Assembly (NCBI GenBank): GCA_013239625.1
Contig: MU054187.1
Location: 8,280,358-8,344,357 of the forward strand
DNA: 64,000 bases
Origin: Lama guanicoe
Lineage: Eukaryota
Direction of reading: 5' to 3'
The stretch's first letter is position 1. Each line of letters begins with the position of its first letter. The position numbers and the translations under genes are program-made. This document shows positions 14,012 through 27,129 of the stretch, in pieces. The notes below the pieces were generated by a model. That model searched no databases and was not told the origin of the DNA. It saw nothing but the letters and a program-made list of their open reading frames with translations.

Positions 14012-14175
14012 CCTGGGACAGAGCGATCTGGGTCTGCATCCTGGCTCAGCTGTATCAACCCTCGGAACGTGGGTGATGAATTTACCCCCTAAGTTTCAAG
14101 TCTCTTGACTATGAAATGGGGCAAGGACATAACAAATATCTCATCATGTATGTGAGGATTAAATACAACAAAAAA
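14012..14175 (+). mobile_element. MIR SINE
   Basis: ctgggtctgcatcctggctcagc...ctatgaaatgggg...tgtgaggattaaat. Confidence 0.75.
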
Positions 14176-14496
14176 CGAAAAGAGCTTAACCAAGCGGTGG
14201 CACTTCATGTGGGCTGCATCACCACCTTGAGAGGACCAAGGAGGAGGCTGACCCTGGAGGTTGGGGCTCCTCAGGAAGTGCACCCACTGGGGTACAGAGT
14301 AAGCCGGTGGTTGGTGCTGTCTGAACCCAACTGGAAGTATTGTGTGTTCTCAGTATCAAGAGCGCTGAGCAACATGGTTATGGGTTGCAATTAAGAATCA
14401 GGAAGATAAATCAGAGAGGAAACAAAAGGACCTGGAAATAGATAACTAGGTCCCTCTGAAACTTACTGGCTGGGGATCAGTAAGTCTAAACGACAG

Positions 14497-14570
14497 TGTG
14501 CTGTACACCAGAAACTGGCACATTGTAAATGACTGTACTTCAATAAACAAAAGAAAAAGAAAATAAGAAA
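14497..14570 (+). mobile_element. Camelid-type L1 extreme 3' tail
   Basis: tgtgctgtacaccagaaactggcacattgtaaatgactgtacttcaataaa followed by an A-rich tail. Confidence 0.85.
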
Positions 14571-16559
14571 CTCCTTCCCCTGCTTGCCCAAACTTACTAT
14601 TGAAATAACTTTTACAAAAGTCCAGTTCCTGGCTTTGATTTTCCTGCATTCAGAGAAACTTCTTGTACGCACACTTGAAAGTTTATGCATTGCAGTAATA
14701 ACATAGTTTACCGGTAGATAATAGCTTTCCGGTTCCTTCAACTGTTAGTAAAAACATAATTCTTATTAATAAGGGAATTCAGAGAGTATAAAAATGAGGG
14801 AAGAATGTTTTAAAAGCTTTTCATTTCTAAAATGTTTTATTCATATTGCTTTGTATCCTTATACACTTAATTTACTGATCTGACTCACCCTTGATTTTAA
14901 GAACAGTAAACTATTGAAAGCATAGCTGTCATCATAACAGAGGCAGCATTATCTTTCACTTGTCATCTTTGCAATTAGATAATAGATGTACAGAAACTAA
15001 TCTTAGTGTGACACTGCTCTGTGGGTAGTAAACTTCATGATAACAAATCTTCTTATTTTAAAATAGAGGCCTAGAAAAAAATGTAGTTGCAGAAAATTCA
15101 GCCCAGCTAACTCCAGGGTGTCTTGCTGCTTTGAAATGCGGAGTTCTCATCATGAAGAAACGAATCACTAACTAGCGCATTAAAGGCTCTCCTTAAAAAA
15201 AAAAAAAAAAGAGCAGTTCACAGCTAAGATCATTAATTTGTGGTAGGGTGACCTCTTTAAAAAGAGGTGCGTTTGATCATCACACTGCATTCGGTGACAC
15301 CAAATGGTAAAGGTCAATCCTGAGATGCTCTTACTGCCCTGCTTGTTCAGCCATTTGATTATCTTTGGTTTCTTACTGTTTCATGTTTTCTAGAACTTAA
15401 GGTTAGAGAAGCATTTCTCTTGCTAACTTTACACAGTGCAGTGCTTTCTGGAAGAAACTTGAATGGGGTGGATTTCACCAGCCTGTGGATCCAACTGAGG
15501 TCACATTTATGTTACTGCTGAAATGATCAACACTGGGAGCTCCACCTTAGCCATCCACAAGGGGTCCTCGGTCGCTTTAGAGGGCACCCTAGTGTGATGT
15601 CTCAAGTCCGTCTGTGGCTCCCACTGCTGCCGGGACTTGCTGTGGGTGCACAGCTCCACCACCCACACTCCTGACCAGCGCTCTCTGTCTACCTTCCCCA
15701 GCTTTTACTCCCAGCAGCACCAGACTCTCCCAGGGTCCCAAACCTTGGTCTGAAAATTGACCTCCCCTCAGAGTATCACCCAGGGGTCCTAGTGCTTCGC
15801 CAAGTCTCTCAGGAAGCGGGTTCCTTCAGTGCCTGGCTCCTAGCCTCCAATCCAAAACAGAAATATCACCGAGGGGAAAAGAAAAACACTCCCCCTGAAT
15901 CTTCAGAGAAGAAACAAAACAACGTCTCGCAGGGGACCCGAACGCAGAAGAAACACAATTCTGCTCACTACTCAGAAAAATTATTGATTATCTTGAGTGT
16001 CAGTTTAGTTGTTTAGAGCGACATCGACTCAAACAGCTTTCCTAGGGGCAGTTCTGCTCCACAACTGAAGGGTTAATTAATTCCCCCCCAGGGCCTCTCC
16101 CAGATCAAAGGAGCAGGCTGTCCCAAATTTCACATCTTGCAACACAATATAAAAACTTCTTGCAGTTTGAAACTCCTGACTTTGTTCCTGACTTCTACAC
16201 CCCCGTTAACACATGAAAACATTAAGGACACGTTTCAGCAGCACTCAAGCAAGTTACCGAGCCCCGCATCCCACCCCTCCCCAAATTCCCTGCTCATCAG
16301 CCTGGAAGCAGAGCTGAGCTCTGAGGAGAAGGAGCTGGGTGTCTGGCGAAGCAAAGGCGGCTGGGGTTCACAGGGCAGAGCCCCAGAGAGGCAAGAGCTG
16401 CCCAGGAGGGAGAGCCCCTCAGACCCGTGTGCGTCCCCTCGGGTCCTGAGCTGAGCTCAGGGCAGCGTGCGCGCGTGAGGAAGGGTCAGGGAAAGACCAC
16501 CGCAGAGAACAGCAGGGACAACGTTCAGCCAAACACAGGTCTGGAAAGAGGGCCCACTC

Positions 16560-18161
16560 CCGACAGCCAGATGGAACACCACGTATTTCGGAAGTTCTCT
16601 GTTAAGAGTGCTAGGAAAGGTCTTGGATCAGGAGTGGGTAAAACTAACCCGGGACTAAATACAGCTCTAGTCCCACCCAACAAAGTTTAAAAGCAAGACC
16701 TGAAAGTCCCAAACTGTTTCCAAGAAATCGAATCGCGTCCTGGGACAAAGTTCAACAACAATTACAGATACACAATGATATTGAACACTTAACAAGGTAA
16801 TATTCACAATGCCGGAGTCCCAGTCAGAAGTTTCTGAATAGGTAAAAAAGCACAACCCAAAATACAGCCTATCATGAGGATAACATCAATTAATTAAAAC
16901 TGACTCAGAAATGACACCCATGGTAGTGATGGTAAAACAAGGACATTAAAAGTTATCATAATTACAGTCTATGTGTTCAAGAAACTAGAAGAAATATTGA
17001 TGAAAACTGCCATCCCACAGATCCAAGAAACTCAACAAGCTACAAGCCCAAAAGAAACTAAAACTGGAAGAAAACTATGCCAAGGCACAAAATAACCTGA
17101 TCAACCTATAGATTTAATGTCACCCCTACCCACATCACAGCAGATTTTTTTTTGTAGAATATGACAAGTTAATTCTAAAATGTATATGAAAAGGTAAAGG
17201 ACCTAGAATAATTAAAACAAAACCTAAAGAGGACAAAATTTGAGAATCTTTAAGGCCTGATTTCAAGTCTTGCTCTAAATATATTAATAGATATGTAACA
17301 ATTAACATATTCATTATTAGATAAAAACAAACATACCAGAAATAAACTCACATATAAATGGTCAATTAATTTTTGGCAAAAGTGCTAAAATTATTAAGTG
17401 GCAAGGGGATTTTTTTTTAAGAATTGGCATTGGAAAAACTACACTGTCTGTATTAAAATAGAATCTTAACTTTACCAACTTTGTCTGCTACTATAAACAA
17501 AACTTAATTCAAAATGGATCGTAGACTTAAGTGTAAAAGCTAAAGCTATGAAATACCTAGAAGAAAACATGGGAGAAAATATTTGAGACCTTGAGGTAGA
17601 TACTTCTTAGTATATGAAAAAACACTGCCCTTAAAAGAAAAAATTGGTAAATTGGACTTCATCAACACTACGATATTCTGCTCATTAAAGGGCATGGTTA
17701 AAAAAAATCGAAAGGTAATCTATAAACAGAGGGAACTATTGGAAGTATATGACAGAGAATATATAAAGAACTTTGACAACTCAATAATAAAAGACAAAAC
17801 AATTCAATATTTAATGAGTTAGAAGATTCAAACAGACACTTTACAAAAAAATGGCCAATAAGCAAATGAAAATTCTTAACTTTATTAGACCTTAGGAAAA
17901 TGAAAGCATAAATCACAATGAGACACTACTTTTTATCTACCAGAAGAACTACAGTTAAAAGGACTAAAAACATTTCATTTTGGACTGGATCTGAAACAGT
18001 TATGCATAATAAATTAATAAAATCTCTCACGTGTGGCTGGTGATTGTAAAATGATTCAGAGACTTTGGAAAACTAGCAGTTTCCTATGAGGTCAGATATT
18101 TATGTATCCTATGACTCAGCATTTCTGCTGCTAGTATTTACTCCAAAGAAATGAAAACATA
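16560..18161 (+). mobile_element. Old L1M remnant (5'/ORF1 piece joined to ORF2 3' piece)
   Basis: A-rich; cctatagatttaatg..., aattcaaaatggatcgtagactta..., aaattggacttcatcaa..., cacaatgagacactac..., gaaatgaaaacata are L1 ORF2 3' landmarks; no long open frame. Confidence 0.85.
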
Positions 18162-18364
18162 TGTAATAGAGTCTGACGACATTCTGATGTTTTACCATTG
18201 ACAGCTTTCAAGCCCATTTCCCTTTTGCTCAATCTAGATAAGCCATTAAGAAAGCCTGGGCACCCCTTCTTGGCACTGGAGGGGAAGTTCAAATCACACA
18301 AACCCTAGCCCATTGGAGTATTCACCTTGGCTCCACACCCAACCACAATAAACACAGAAGCTCC
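18162..18364 (+). mobile_element. ERV LTR 5' part (MER74/MER73-like, family tentative)
   Basis: Abrupt start at TGTAATAGAGTCTGAC...tgacagctttcaagccc interrupting L1; no LTR 3' end follows. Confidence 0.55.
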
Positions 18365-18516
18365 TATGAACAAGGAAGCCCTTATCAAACACTGAATCTG
18401 CTGATACCACGATTCTGGATTTCTCAGCCTCCAGAACTATAAGAAATAAATCCATGTTGTTTATAAGCCACTCAGTCTACAGTATATTGTTACAGCAGCC
18501 TGAATAGACTACGACA
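18365..18516 (+). mobile_element. MaLR LTR 3' half (MLT1A-like)
   Basis: gaatctgctg...cagcctccagaactataagaaataaa...tttataagccactcagtcta...ttgttacagcagcctgaatagactacgaca. Confidence 0.9.
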
Positions 18517-19815
18517 GTGGTGTTCCATAGGTCTCTGGCTGTTCATTTTTCTTCATACTTTTTTGTTTCTGTTCCTTAGATAAGATAATCTCAGTTGACC
18601 CATCTTCAAGTTCTCTGATTCTGTCTTCTGCTTGCTCAAATCTGCTGTTGAGCACCTCTAGTGAATTTTTTTAATTTCAGTTATTATATTTTTCTATTGA
18701 GTTTTTAATTTTAAAATTTCTATTTTTTTGATATTCTTTTTTGGGGGGAGACATCATTCTCATACATGGTTTCCTCTATACTTCTCTGATAATATAAAAA
18801 ATAACTGAATTAAAGTCTTCGTTTAATAAGGCCTATATATGGACTTCCTCAGGAACAGTTTCTATTAACTGCTTTTTCCAGTGTATAAGCCATACTTTTC
18901 TTTCTTTGCATGTCTTATTTCTCAAAAACTGGACATTTTGAAAAATGGCAACTCTTACAAATTAGATTCTACCCTTTCCCTAAGGTTTAATTTTTGTTAC
19001 TATTTGTTGTCATTGGTCATTTTAGTGAATTTTCTGAACTGATTCTATAAAACCTGTGTTCTTCATCATTTGTGACCACTGAAGCCTCTCCTCATTTAGC
19101 TTAGTGGTCAGCTAATAACTGGACAGAGGTTTCCTAAAGTGCCTGGAGCCAACAAGTCTCCCAGTTCTTGCTGAAGTACTCTGTGTACATGTTGGGGCAT
19201 GCCTTCAGCACTCAGCCAGGCAGTTTATAATTTTGCCTTAGCCTTCACTGTCTGCTTGTACAGAGTCCAGAGGTGAGAACTTAGGGCTTTGCCTGATCCT
19301 TCCCGGGTATTCTCACAGCTCTGGGTATATGCACCGCCCTACACACATATATTATTAACTTCTGCATTTCTAGAATATGTTGCAGCTTTTCCAAGCTCCT
19401 AGTGGACATCTCATTCCCCAGCTTTTCCTTGTAAGTTTTCTGGTTAGCCTATTTGCCTCAATTATTATTTACCACCTCAGGCAGACACAGTGTTAAACAA
19501 TTGCCTCTGATTATTTTGACAAACACGCCTGGGGAGAAGGCTCTCTGCACTAAGTGAGCTGTGAACACAAGCTGTTCTTTTGCAAGGCAACCACAGAACT
19601 GGGGAGGGAGGATGGGAACAGGGTAGGTTAAAATGTCACCGTTCTGACTGAGATTCAGTCATTTTTCTTGAATAAACCTCCCCAGGTTGCTCCAAGCTGT
19701 TTGTTAATTTCCAGATTTTTGAAAAAGTTGACTTTGACGATTTTTTGCCAGTGTTTTCATTTCATTAACAGAGGGAAGAATGTTTGGGGGTAATTACTAC
19801 CCCATGTTTGCTTCA
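18517..19815 (-). mobile_element. Old L1M 5'UTR/ORF1 region
   Basis: T-rich; atcttcaagttctctgattctgtcttctgcttgctcaaatctgctgttgagc is typical reverse L1M ORF1. Confidence 0.8.
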
Positions 19816-21251
19816 GTCTCCTCTGCATTCCCCAATGCCATGCATATTCTTTTTATTCATCTGTTTGAGCAAAAATTTTGCTCAATTTGGGAATCTTGAG
19901 TTTTCCTTGATATCTTATTTAATATATATTACTAATAAAATTTTTATTTATACCTATGCATATATGTAGTTTTGTACAATTAGAACTTTACAAAAGGAAG
20001 TATTTTATTCATAAAATTTCCCAATAGTCATGTATGCACACACCAATGAAAATATCCTTCATGCAATTCCTACTGTGCCCTCAGGGTTCACTAATTTCTG
20101 TTCCTACATGCTTATCAACTGGCTTGCCTCCAATAATGCAAGAGAAGCAAACAGAAACTAAAATGTGGTAGACGCAGCAATTTCTGCAAAAATAAGGACC
20201 CTGACACCCCATGGCATCACCCTTCAATCTTCATCAGAAACTTTGGCCTCCAGTAGTTGAAGAGAAAAAAACTGGAAATGCAGTAAGGCTCTCTTCACAT
20301 CTCCCTTTGGTGAGAAATAGGAGACAAAGATCTAGGACTTTAAGATACCCGAGCAGCTTCTGGTGTGACCTATGCTTGTATGTGGCATACTCAAGTCATC
20401 CAATTCTTGATCTGTCCAATGTGGATTCTTCAACTTATAGACTTGACTAGGAACCTGGGAAAACTTCCATTGTACAAGGTAGAGACTGCACTGCTAATTT
20501 GGGGCCAGTTTCAGGTGTGCTCATTACTGACAAGAAAAGGTGTCAAACCTTGAAATATGCAAGTGAAAAAAAGTAAAATCTATTTGCATCAAACCTACCT
20601 TCAAGTGTTATTCCTCCTGAAGCAGCGTGATGTTACTTTACAGCAAGGAGTGGGGGGCATCCAGTGTTGTCTGTTTCTAAGATGAGGCACGTTTGGAGTT
20701 TTCTTTCTGAGTAACAGCTCTAGGAGGCCCTTGCACCAGCACTTATAAAACACACCAATGAAGATCCCTGGTTCTGGACGCAGCCTGCCAGAAGCTGCGT
20801 AGTGTTCACTTTAAACACAGTAATAGCTTTGTGGACTGGACGGCACTCATGCGGCTGGAAACAACATATGGTCTTCAATAAAATGAAAGGTACACAATGG
20901 AAGGGCAGCTCTGAAGGATATTTTTAAGAAGTAGGCATGGAATTAAATTCAACATTCTTTTTTCTAACACACAAAAGAGAGAAGTTTATCTGTCTTTGTT
21001 ATTCTAAGAAATCCACGAGGGGAAAATGTATGTGACTGTAACTTTCCCAACCAAAAAGTTACGCTCAGAGCACACCTCAAACCACAAAGATCAAAGAAAA
21101 GCAGACTATTTAGGAACTGCTAGGAGGTGCAAGAATCCAACTCCCTACACACAAGTTTACTCTTACCAACCCCTATCTGCCAACTGAAGTTTCGTCTCTC
21201 CAATATCTCCAACCTGTCACAGGATCCATCTTAAAAATTTGAGAAAACATG

Positions 21252-21377
21252 TGGTAGCTCACAGCGAAAAAGAATGTGACAAGGAATATATGCATGTTCA
21301 TGAATAGCTGAAAAATTGTGCTGTACACTGGAAATTGACACAACATTCTAAACTGACTATAACTCAATTTAAAAAAA
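21252..21377 (+). mobile_element. Young camelid-type L1 3' tail with 10-bp TSD
   Basis: tggtagctcacagcgaaaaagaatgtgacaa...ctgaaaaattgtgctgtacactggaaattgacacaacatt...ataactcaat then A tail; agaaaacatg at 21242-21251 and 21378-21387. Confidence 0.92.
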
Positions 21378-22090
21378 AGAAAACATGATTTTAAAATGTA
21401 CTTCTCATTTGTGCTGTACCCAATCCCAGACAGAGTTGTGGAAATCAACACATACCATTTGCCTGGAAGAATAAACATCTCTCTCACTTTCTTCCTTCTG
21501 AAAACGCTACACAGTGTTTTTCAGGAGGAACCATTTACATAAGATGTAACATGGAGCTGTGAAATGTAGTCATGGAAACCATGATGGCAGAGAGAAAAAG
21601 AGGGATCTGGGGATTTAGTGAGTGGTTTTGATTTTTCAGATACAATAGTCCCCTTAGCACAGTAAGTTGTGCCATATGGTGAACTGTGTGTGGTGGTTTT
21701 CTAAGCTTGCAAATAGAATCCTGCAAAATGTGATCAACTGCTAAGTCATTTCACCCCAAGGAAGCCCAAACGCCACTCCTGCTCACTGTTCCCAGGGGTA
21801 CTAGATGCCAACACTTTACAAACTGCAAACAAACACTTAGGATTTAATTTTAAGAACCCTCTAATAGAGATGCATGGCATAGGGTAAAAGTTCACTAAAA
21901 CCATTCAACTTGAAAAATACAGCAGTATTGGTTTCAGAAGACCATAGACTTCTTTGAAAATTCACTGCTGATCATCTCTCTGACACTCAGAACTGCCCTA
22001 AGAGTCAATTCCTGCCCTCTGTCCACCACCTTCCGTCCATAATACTGCCTTTATTCTCTTCCAAAAGTGACCATTTTCTATGTCTTCAAA

Positions 22091-22455
22091 CGTTAAGTCA
22101 GCTTTTTCAACAAAGAAAACTATCACAAAATCTCAGTGATAGCAAGGAGCATTTATTACTTTTTCCTGCACCTGGAGGTTGGCGGAGGCAGCTCTGCTTT
22201 ACGCTGCAGCTCTGTGGATTGAGGACCGCCCTGCTCCATGCATCAAAGACTGGTCCCCAGGCTGGAGGGCAGCTATTCTGGCAGGTCTCTCTATGGCAAT
22301 AGTCAAAGGGCAAGAGAGGAAGCCTAACCACGCAAACACATTTTAAGCTTCTTCTTGCACCTCCTTTGGATTCACTGGCCCATGAACTAAAAACACAAGT
22401 TCTCTGTCCCCACAAACCCAATACACAATGATGAAACTTGAACAGAACATCCACA
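22091..22455 (-). mobile_element. MaLR (old MLT1, H/J/K-like) LTR, 3' LTR of provirus
   Basis: aagtcagctttt...caaaatctcagtg...ggcaagagaggaagcctaaccacgcaaacacattttaagctt...ccaca. Confidence 0.7.
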
Positions 22456-23615
22456 ACAACTGCTCTTGCCTTAAAGATGGACCAAGATAAGGTATTCCGT
22501 AATGTAACTAGTAGTCAGTGATACCTGTGCACGCCCCATCAGAGGAAGGCGAGCCTTCCTGCACAAGACTCCTCAATGGGGAACCTGTATCTGGACAATC
22601 AAGTGAGTTGAGAAAAAATGATTTGCTTTCTTCTTAGTGAACAAGAAACCCATAAACAACAGAATCATGGTCAAGGCTCTTGGTAAGACCCTGGCTCTGC
22701 TTCCTGGGAGTGATTCTCAGTCCATTGATCGCCACAGATTTTGAGTTGGCCTTCTTGGAGGTTCGTCTGTTGTCATCACCCTGTTTGACTAATTCTAAGG
22801 AGGGCATTTGAAAATAAGTCTTTCTTGGTGGCCAAGCAGGAATTTTTTTTGGAGTGTAGGGTTGTTTTGCTTTAAGCTCAATTCTTGACTATATAAAGTT
22901 AGGAAGCAAGATATCTTTTTATATCTTGAACAGCCTCAGCGTCTTTTAGTCTAGGCTGGTGGCAACTTTGCCAGTACAGGTCTCTCAAAAGCTTGGTTTA
23001 TTTTCCATGTATTTGATTCTAGTTAAATTCAAGTGCCAATAGTCACACCCATAATTCTTTCCAAGGCTTGTCTCTCTCTAGACTTAATTACAGGTAACTT
23101 TGGGTGCATGAGTCTTCTGTGGGTCCTTGCCCTCAATTTTTCTAGAAGCCTTTTTGTCCAGCTGAGAAGATCTACTAAGCCACACTTTAATCTGTTCGTA
23201 TGTCTTAACTAAGGATTTCATATCCATCATTATCTTGGCCTTTATAAACATCACCTTTGTTTTAATTTTAAAAACTCTTATTTTCCAAACCTGAGATTTC
23301 TGGGCTCTCTGAATCCTCCTTGCTAATCAACCAGTCTTTCCCGCAGCACTTTATAGATCTTGATTGGTAGCTGTCAGCTCATGCTTTTGAAATCTCCTAA
23401 CCAAATGCTACAAGAATATTAGGTATATTTTCCATCCTTTGAGTTACAGCAAACAACAGTTTTTATCAAATACTTTGTCATTCTAGGACACAGAGCACCA
23501 TTTTTTCAGCCTCTTGTCATAGTTCCTCATTACCCACTGTGTGGTCCCAAAGCCAAACGCAGGACAAATATTTAAGGTTTTGATACAGCAGCACCTCATT
23601 TCCCTTACCAACTTA
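22456..23615 (-). mobile_element. MaLR internal region (MLT1-int)
   Basis: Ends in tacagcagcacctcatttcccttaccaactt, the reverse of the MaLR-int start (aattggtaccagaagtggggtgctgctgta), directly abutting the next LTR. Confidence 0.75.
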
Positions 23616-24405
23616 TATACCAGTCAGTTATTGCTACAACACTACATAACAAGCCATCCCCGCCATAGACGTTTATTCCCATCTGTATGTATGTGCATGC
23701 TGACCACTGTTCAGCTGGGTCAGGTGAGTGTAGCTCTGGTGGCTTTATATCAGGCTGTAGCTTGACTGACTTTGGCCCCACATGGCAACAGAAATCCAGG
23801 GAATGTTCTTCTCCAGGCAGAGGCTGCTGTCAGGAGACAATGCTCCAAGCATCACTCATGTTTCTGCACATCTGAAGCAGAGGCACTGACTGCCTTTACT
23901 GTGGATTGTTTTTTTTTTTTTCAAAGACATATAGCAAACCATCTTAAAAGGCAGAAATAGGGTCTTCTACAGAATAAAAGGCAAACATGCTGACTGCCCA
24001 TTATAAAAGACTGGGGTTCCCTAAACTCAGGGTTCCTCTCTTGTAATGCAACTCCCATGAGTGCAGGTGTCAGCCGGTCCTCTGACTATCGCCCTGTGGG
24101 GACTGGGGCAAAGGGAGCAGCACGAGAAAACGCTGATACTCTAGCTGCTGTCATTGCTGTAATAAAGTTCTCTGTCTCTGACGTAGGAGCCTTATGTCTT
24201 CTGCCAGCATCCATGAAACTGCGACAGAATAGTTTTTAACTTGCAACTAGGGCAAAATGTCAGACCTTCTATAGTTCCTGACCCTCAGAAGCAAAGCAAG
24301 TCACATAGCCAAGCTCAACATCAGTGGGGATAATTCTCCCACAGAGGTGGGGCAGTAGGGAAGGCAGCAAGTGAGCATTTTCTGAATAAAAACCTAATGT
24401 ACCTA
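23616..24405 (-). mobile_element. MaLR MLT1 5' LTR, split by a nested LTR
   Basis: tataccagtcagttattgct...cataacaagccatcccc on the left; gcaaagcaagtcacatagccaagctcaacatcagtgggg resumes at ~24287. Confidence 0.7.
23873..24283 (+). mobile_element. Solo ERV LTR (family unresolved) nested in the MLT1 LTR
   Basis: TATA-like tataaaa 24002-24008, AATAAA 24161-24166, LTR-like terminus ttgcaactagggcaaaatgtcagaccttctatagttcctgac; left boundary approximate. Confidence 0.65.
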
Positions 24406-25779
24406 TTTATCATTTCTTCGCATTTAGAATACTACATGGATTGTACTGGGGAAAACAATAATAGCCAAGTGCTGAGTCTCGGCGGGATTGAAAAACAAGT
24501 AAAAAATTCAATGGCTCCAACCTCCATAGTGTCTTTCCTTTTCTATCTCTTATGGACACATAACTTCTCCTTCTCTACTTTGCAGATTTTCTAATTACAT
24601 TCCCCCTCTCTCATTAAAGTCTTTTCTTAGATCTTTAATGCCAGCTGAAGTTTTTAATATAGACAGTATTTATGAAAGTCTTAAAAATAAAAAGAAAATC
24701 CCCAAATAGCATTTTGGGGTTAAAGCTGAGTGAAAAGAAGCCAGTGGGACCTCCAAGGGTTCTCTAAAACCAAACCAGAGAGTTAGTGAATGTCATTCCT
24801 CTTAACACATCCGCCACCATTTGGACTCCGCTACACAGCAGGTATCACTGAAGACAGCATGGTGAAGGATGAGTTTAATTTAGCTGGTAGAGTGTGCCAT
24901 GATCTTACTTGCTCGAACCGTGATTATCAAGTCCACAGCTTTTGTAACAAATTATTAACCTATTTCCTCAAACGCATATAACTACCAGGGATTCACAGAA
25001 CACCAGAAGCAAACTCATCCCTCGGGGACAAGCTGTTCTGCAATAGGTACTGGATAGGCACCTCCTACTCTGCTTCAGTAACACTGGACAAAAGGCTTGC
25101 AAATGCATGACAGGTTAGATTTTGGAGTTAAAGTCAAGTGACTATTTCTCATCAACAGGAAAGGTCATTGAAATTCCAAGAATTTAAGCATTTAATAAAA
25201 AATAAATGTCTTGCCAATTGAGGATCAACATAAAATTTTGCAGACCAGTGTTTTATCTCCTCTATTTCTAGTCTACTGACTGATCACACACATCTACATG
25301 CAAGAAATGTTGAAACACACACACGTACAAATCAAATTCTCAGTTCTTGAATAATGTTTAATTTTTTTCATTGTGTGCAGTTATCATAATCTCAATGTCT
25401 TATAACTCATTCTCACAGAACAGGTATTGTATTGCAAGCCAACTGCTATAAGAGGAAAGCGAGTGTTCTAGCCACTGTGGATACCAGTATATCTCCAGCA
25501 CCTGCTCACTGGTACTTTTGATGTTAGTCTTATACTTATCTGAGGTCCTCAGATACCAAGAGCTTTGGTTTATTTGAAGGCATCTTCCTGAACGGAACAA
25601 GAAAGCAAAGCCATCTGGTTTTGCACTCATCTTTCAAGTGCAATGGACAGAATTAAAGACTGATGAAAGCACGCGAGGTGGGCTGGGGGCAAGCGGGCGA
25701 CCGTGACAGGACCTCCATGCCCTACAGTGGGGAGAAGGCTAGAGAGGTAAATAAGAGCTCACCTGTGGGCTTTCTGAAT

Positions 25780-25935
25780 GCTAGGTTGGCAAGCTGACCT
25801 CACTAACTGTTTTAAAGCAGAAGAATAACGCGATCTGTATTTCAGGAAGACCTCTCTGGAGAGATCCGGGCCTGGCGGCCAGGACAGTTACAGCGTAATC
25901 ACTGAGCCCTTGGGAAGAGGTTACTGAAGACCTGA
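25780..25935 (-). mobile_element. L2 fragment
   Basis: gttttaaagcagaagaataacgcgatctgtatttcaggaagacctctctgg resembles the reverse L2 body. Confidence 0.45.
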
Positions 25936-26059
25936 AAGGGAGGATCTAAGTCGAAGGGGCATTACTGAGGGCGACTTGACTAAACTTACTAATTTTTTTA
26001 ATTTTACAAATTTCTAATAAAGCTATAAAAATGCTTAGAAGCAATGAAGCATCATAATG

Positions 26060-26240
26060 ACTTTTATTTTTTAATGAAATACGAAAAACATAGAGAAAAA
26101 TGTGAGTATCCATTCACCTACCACTCAGCTTAAGAGATGAAATGTTACAAACACAAAGACCACCGTATGCTCTTCCCCAAATCAAATTCCTCCCTCCTGC
26201 CCACAGGCTAATTCTATCCTAAATTTAGTGTTTATCCACA
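26060..26240 (-). mobile_element. Old L1ME-like 3' end
   Basis: cacctaccactcagcttaagagatgaaatgttacaa...cctccctcctgcccacaggctaattctatcctaaatttagtgtttatc. Confidence 0.65.
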
Positions 26241-26464
26241 TTCTCTTTTTTCACTTCCCCTTATCCTTTTCCTTGTTGGCTGTCACCGCTGTTTGTTCAA
26301 TAAGGCAACAGTCTCTTGCTAAACCACAACTTTAAATATTTACTTGTAGTGAGTCTGCATTCTAGACAAATTCTCTAACTGGTCTCTCCCTTTTCTACAC
26401 GTCAGGCTTCTCTCACTACGGTCCTAGCAGTCCCCTTCTTCACATGTCATAAAGCTGCATATCT

Positions 26465-26700
26465 TTATCATTTACTCCTGAAATATTGATTGTAAACAAT
26501 TATGTGCCAACTACTAAGGACTGGAAATACAAAAATAGACATGGGAGACCCACTGCAATCATTTAGTAGGTATTTGTCAAATGAACGAATAACAGACTCT
26601 ATTCTTGCCCTTGAAAGCTACAGAATAATGAAGGAGAAAGACACAGCCACTATCTGATAAAGGATACTGAACAGGGGAATAAAGGGCTAAGGGAAAGCAA
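26465..26700 (-). mobile_element. L2 3' fragments
   Basis: tcatttactcctgaaatattgattg...tatgtgcca...ctggaaatacaaaaatag...ttcttgcccttgaaagctaca. Confidence 0.45.
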
Positions 26701-27129
26701 GCACAGGTGTCCTATAAAGGTGGTCCTCCCCCACCCCACTCATTCCATAGTGCATCAGAACACTGTCACTTCATCTGATGAGTTGCCAGACTGCTACCAT
26801 CCTGGCACTGTTATAAGGTAAAGACATAAAGAAAATATGCTAACTAGCCAAGATGAGACCTCCCTAGAGGATATTCCAGTACCGGCCAGACAAGGTCCAC
26901 TTCCCCAGAGTGTCAGTGGTGAGACATCACTAGCTCATCGCCCGACACCCACTCGGACCCCACCTCGGCCAGTCCCCTGGAAGCTCTGCCCACGCAAGAG
27001 CCACGCCAGACAGCTTTCTTCCCACTTCCGTTAGTGGGGACCTACCTTGACCATGAGGTGGAGGAAGAATACTTACTTGTCATAGTTACCCAACAATAAC
27101 AGTATTCCTAGCACAACTAACGAGAATGA

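Noticed and set aside
13557..14039. 160-aa minus-strand ORF
   Set aside because: Starts within a MIR; no motif or exon-like features; compatible with chance
15250..15268. 8-bp inverted repeat acctcttt-aa-aaagaggt
   Set aside because: Too short to exceed chance in 64 kb; no terminator or RNA-gene context
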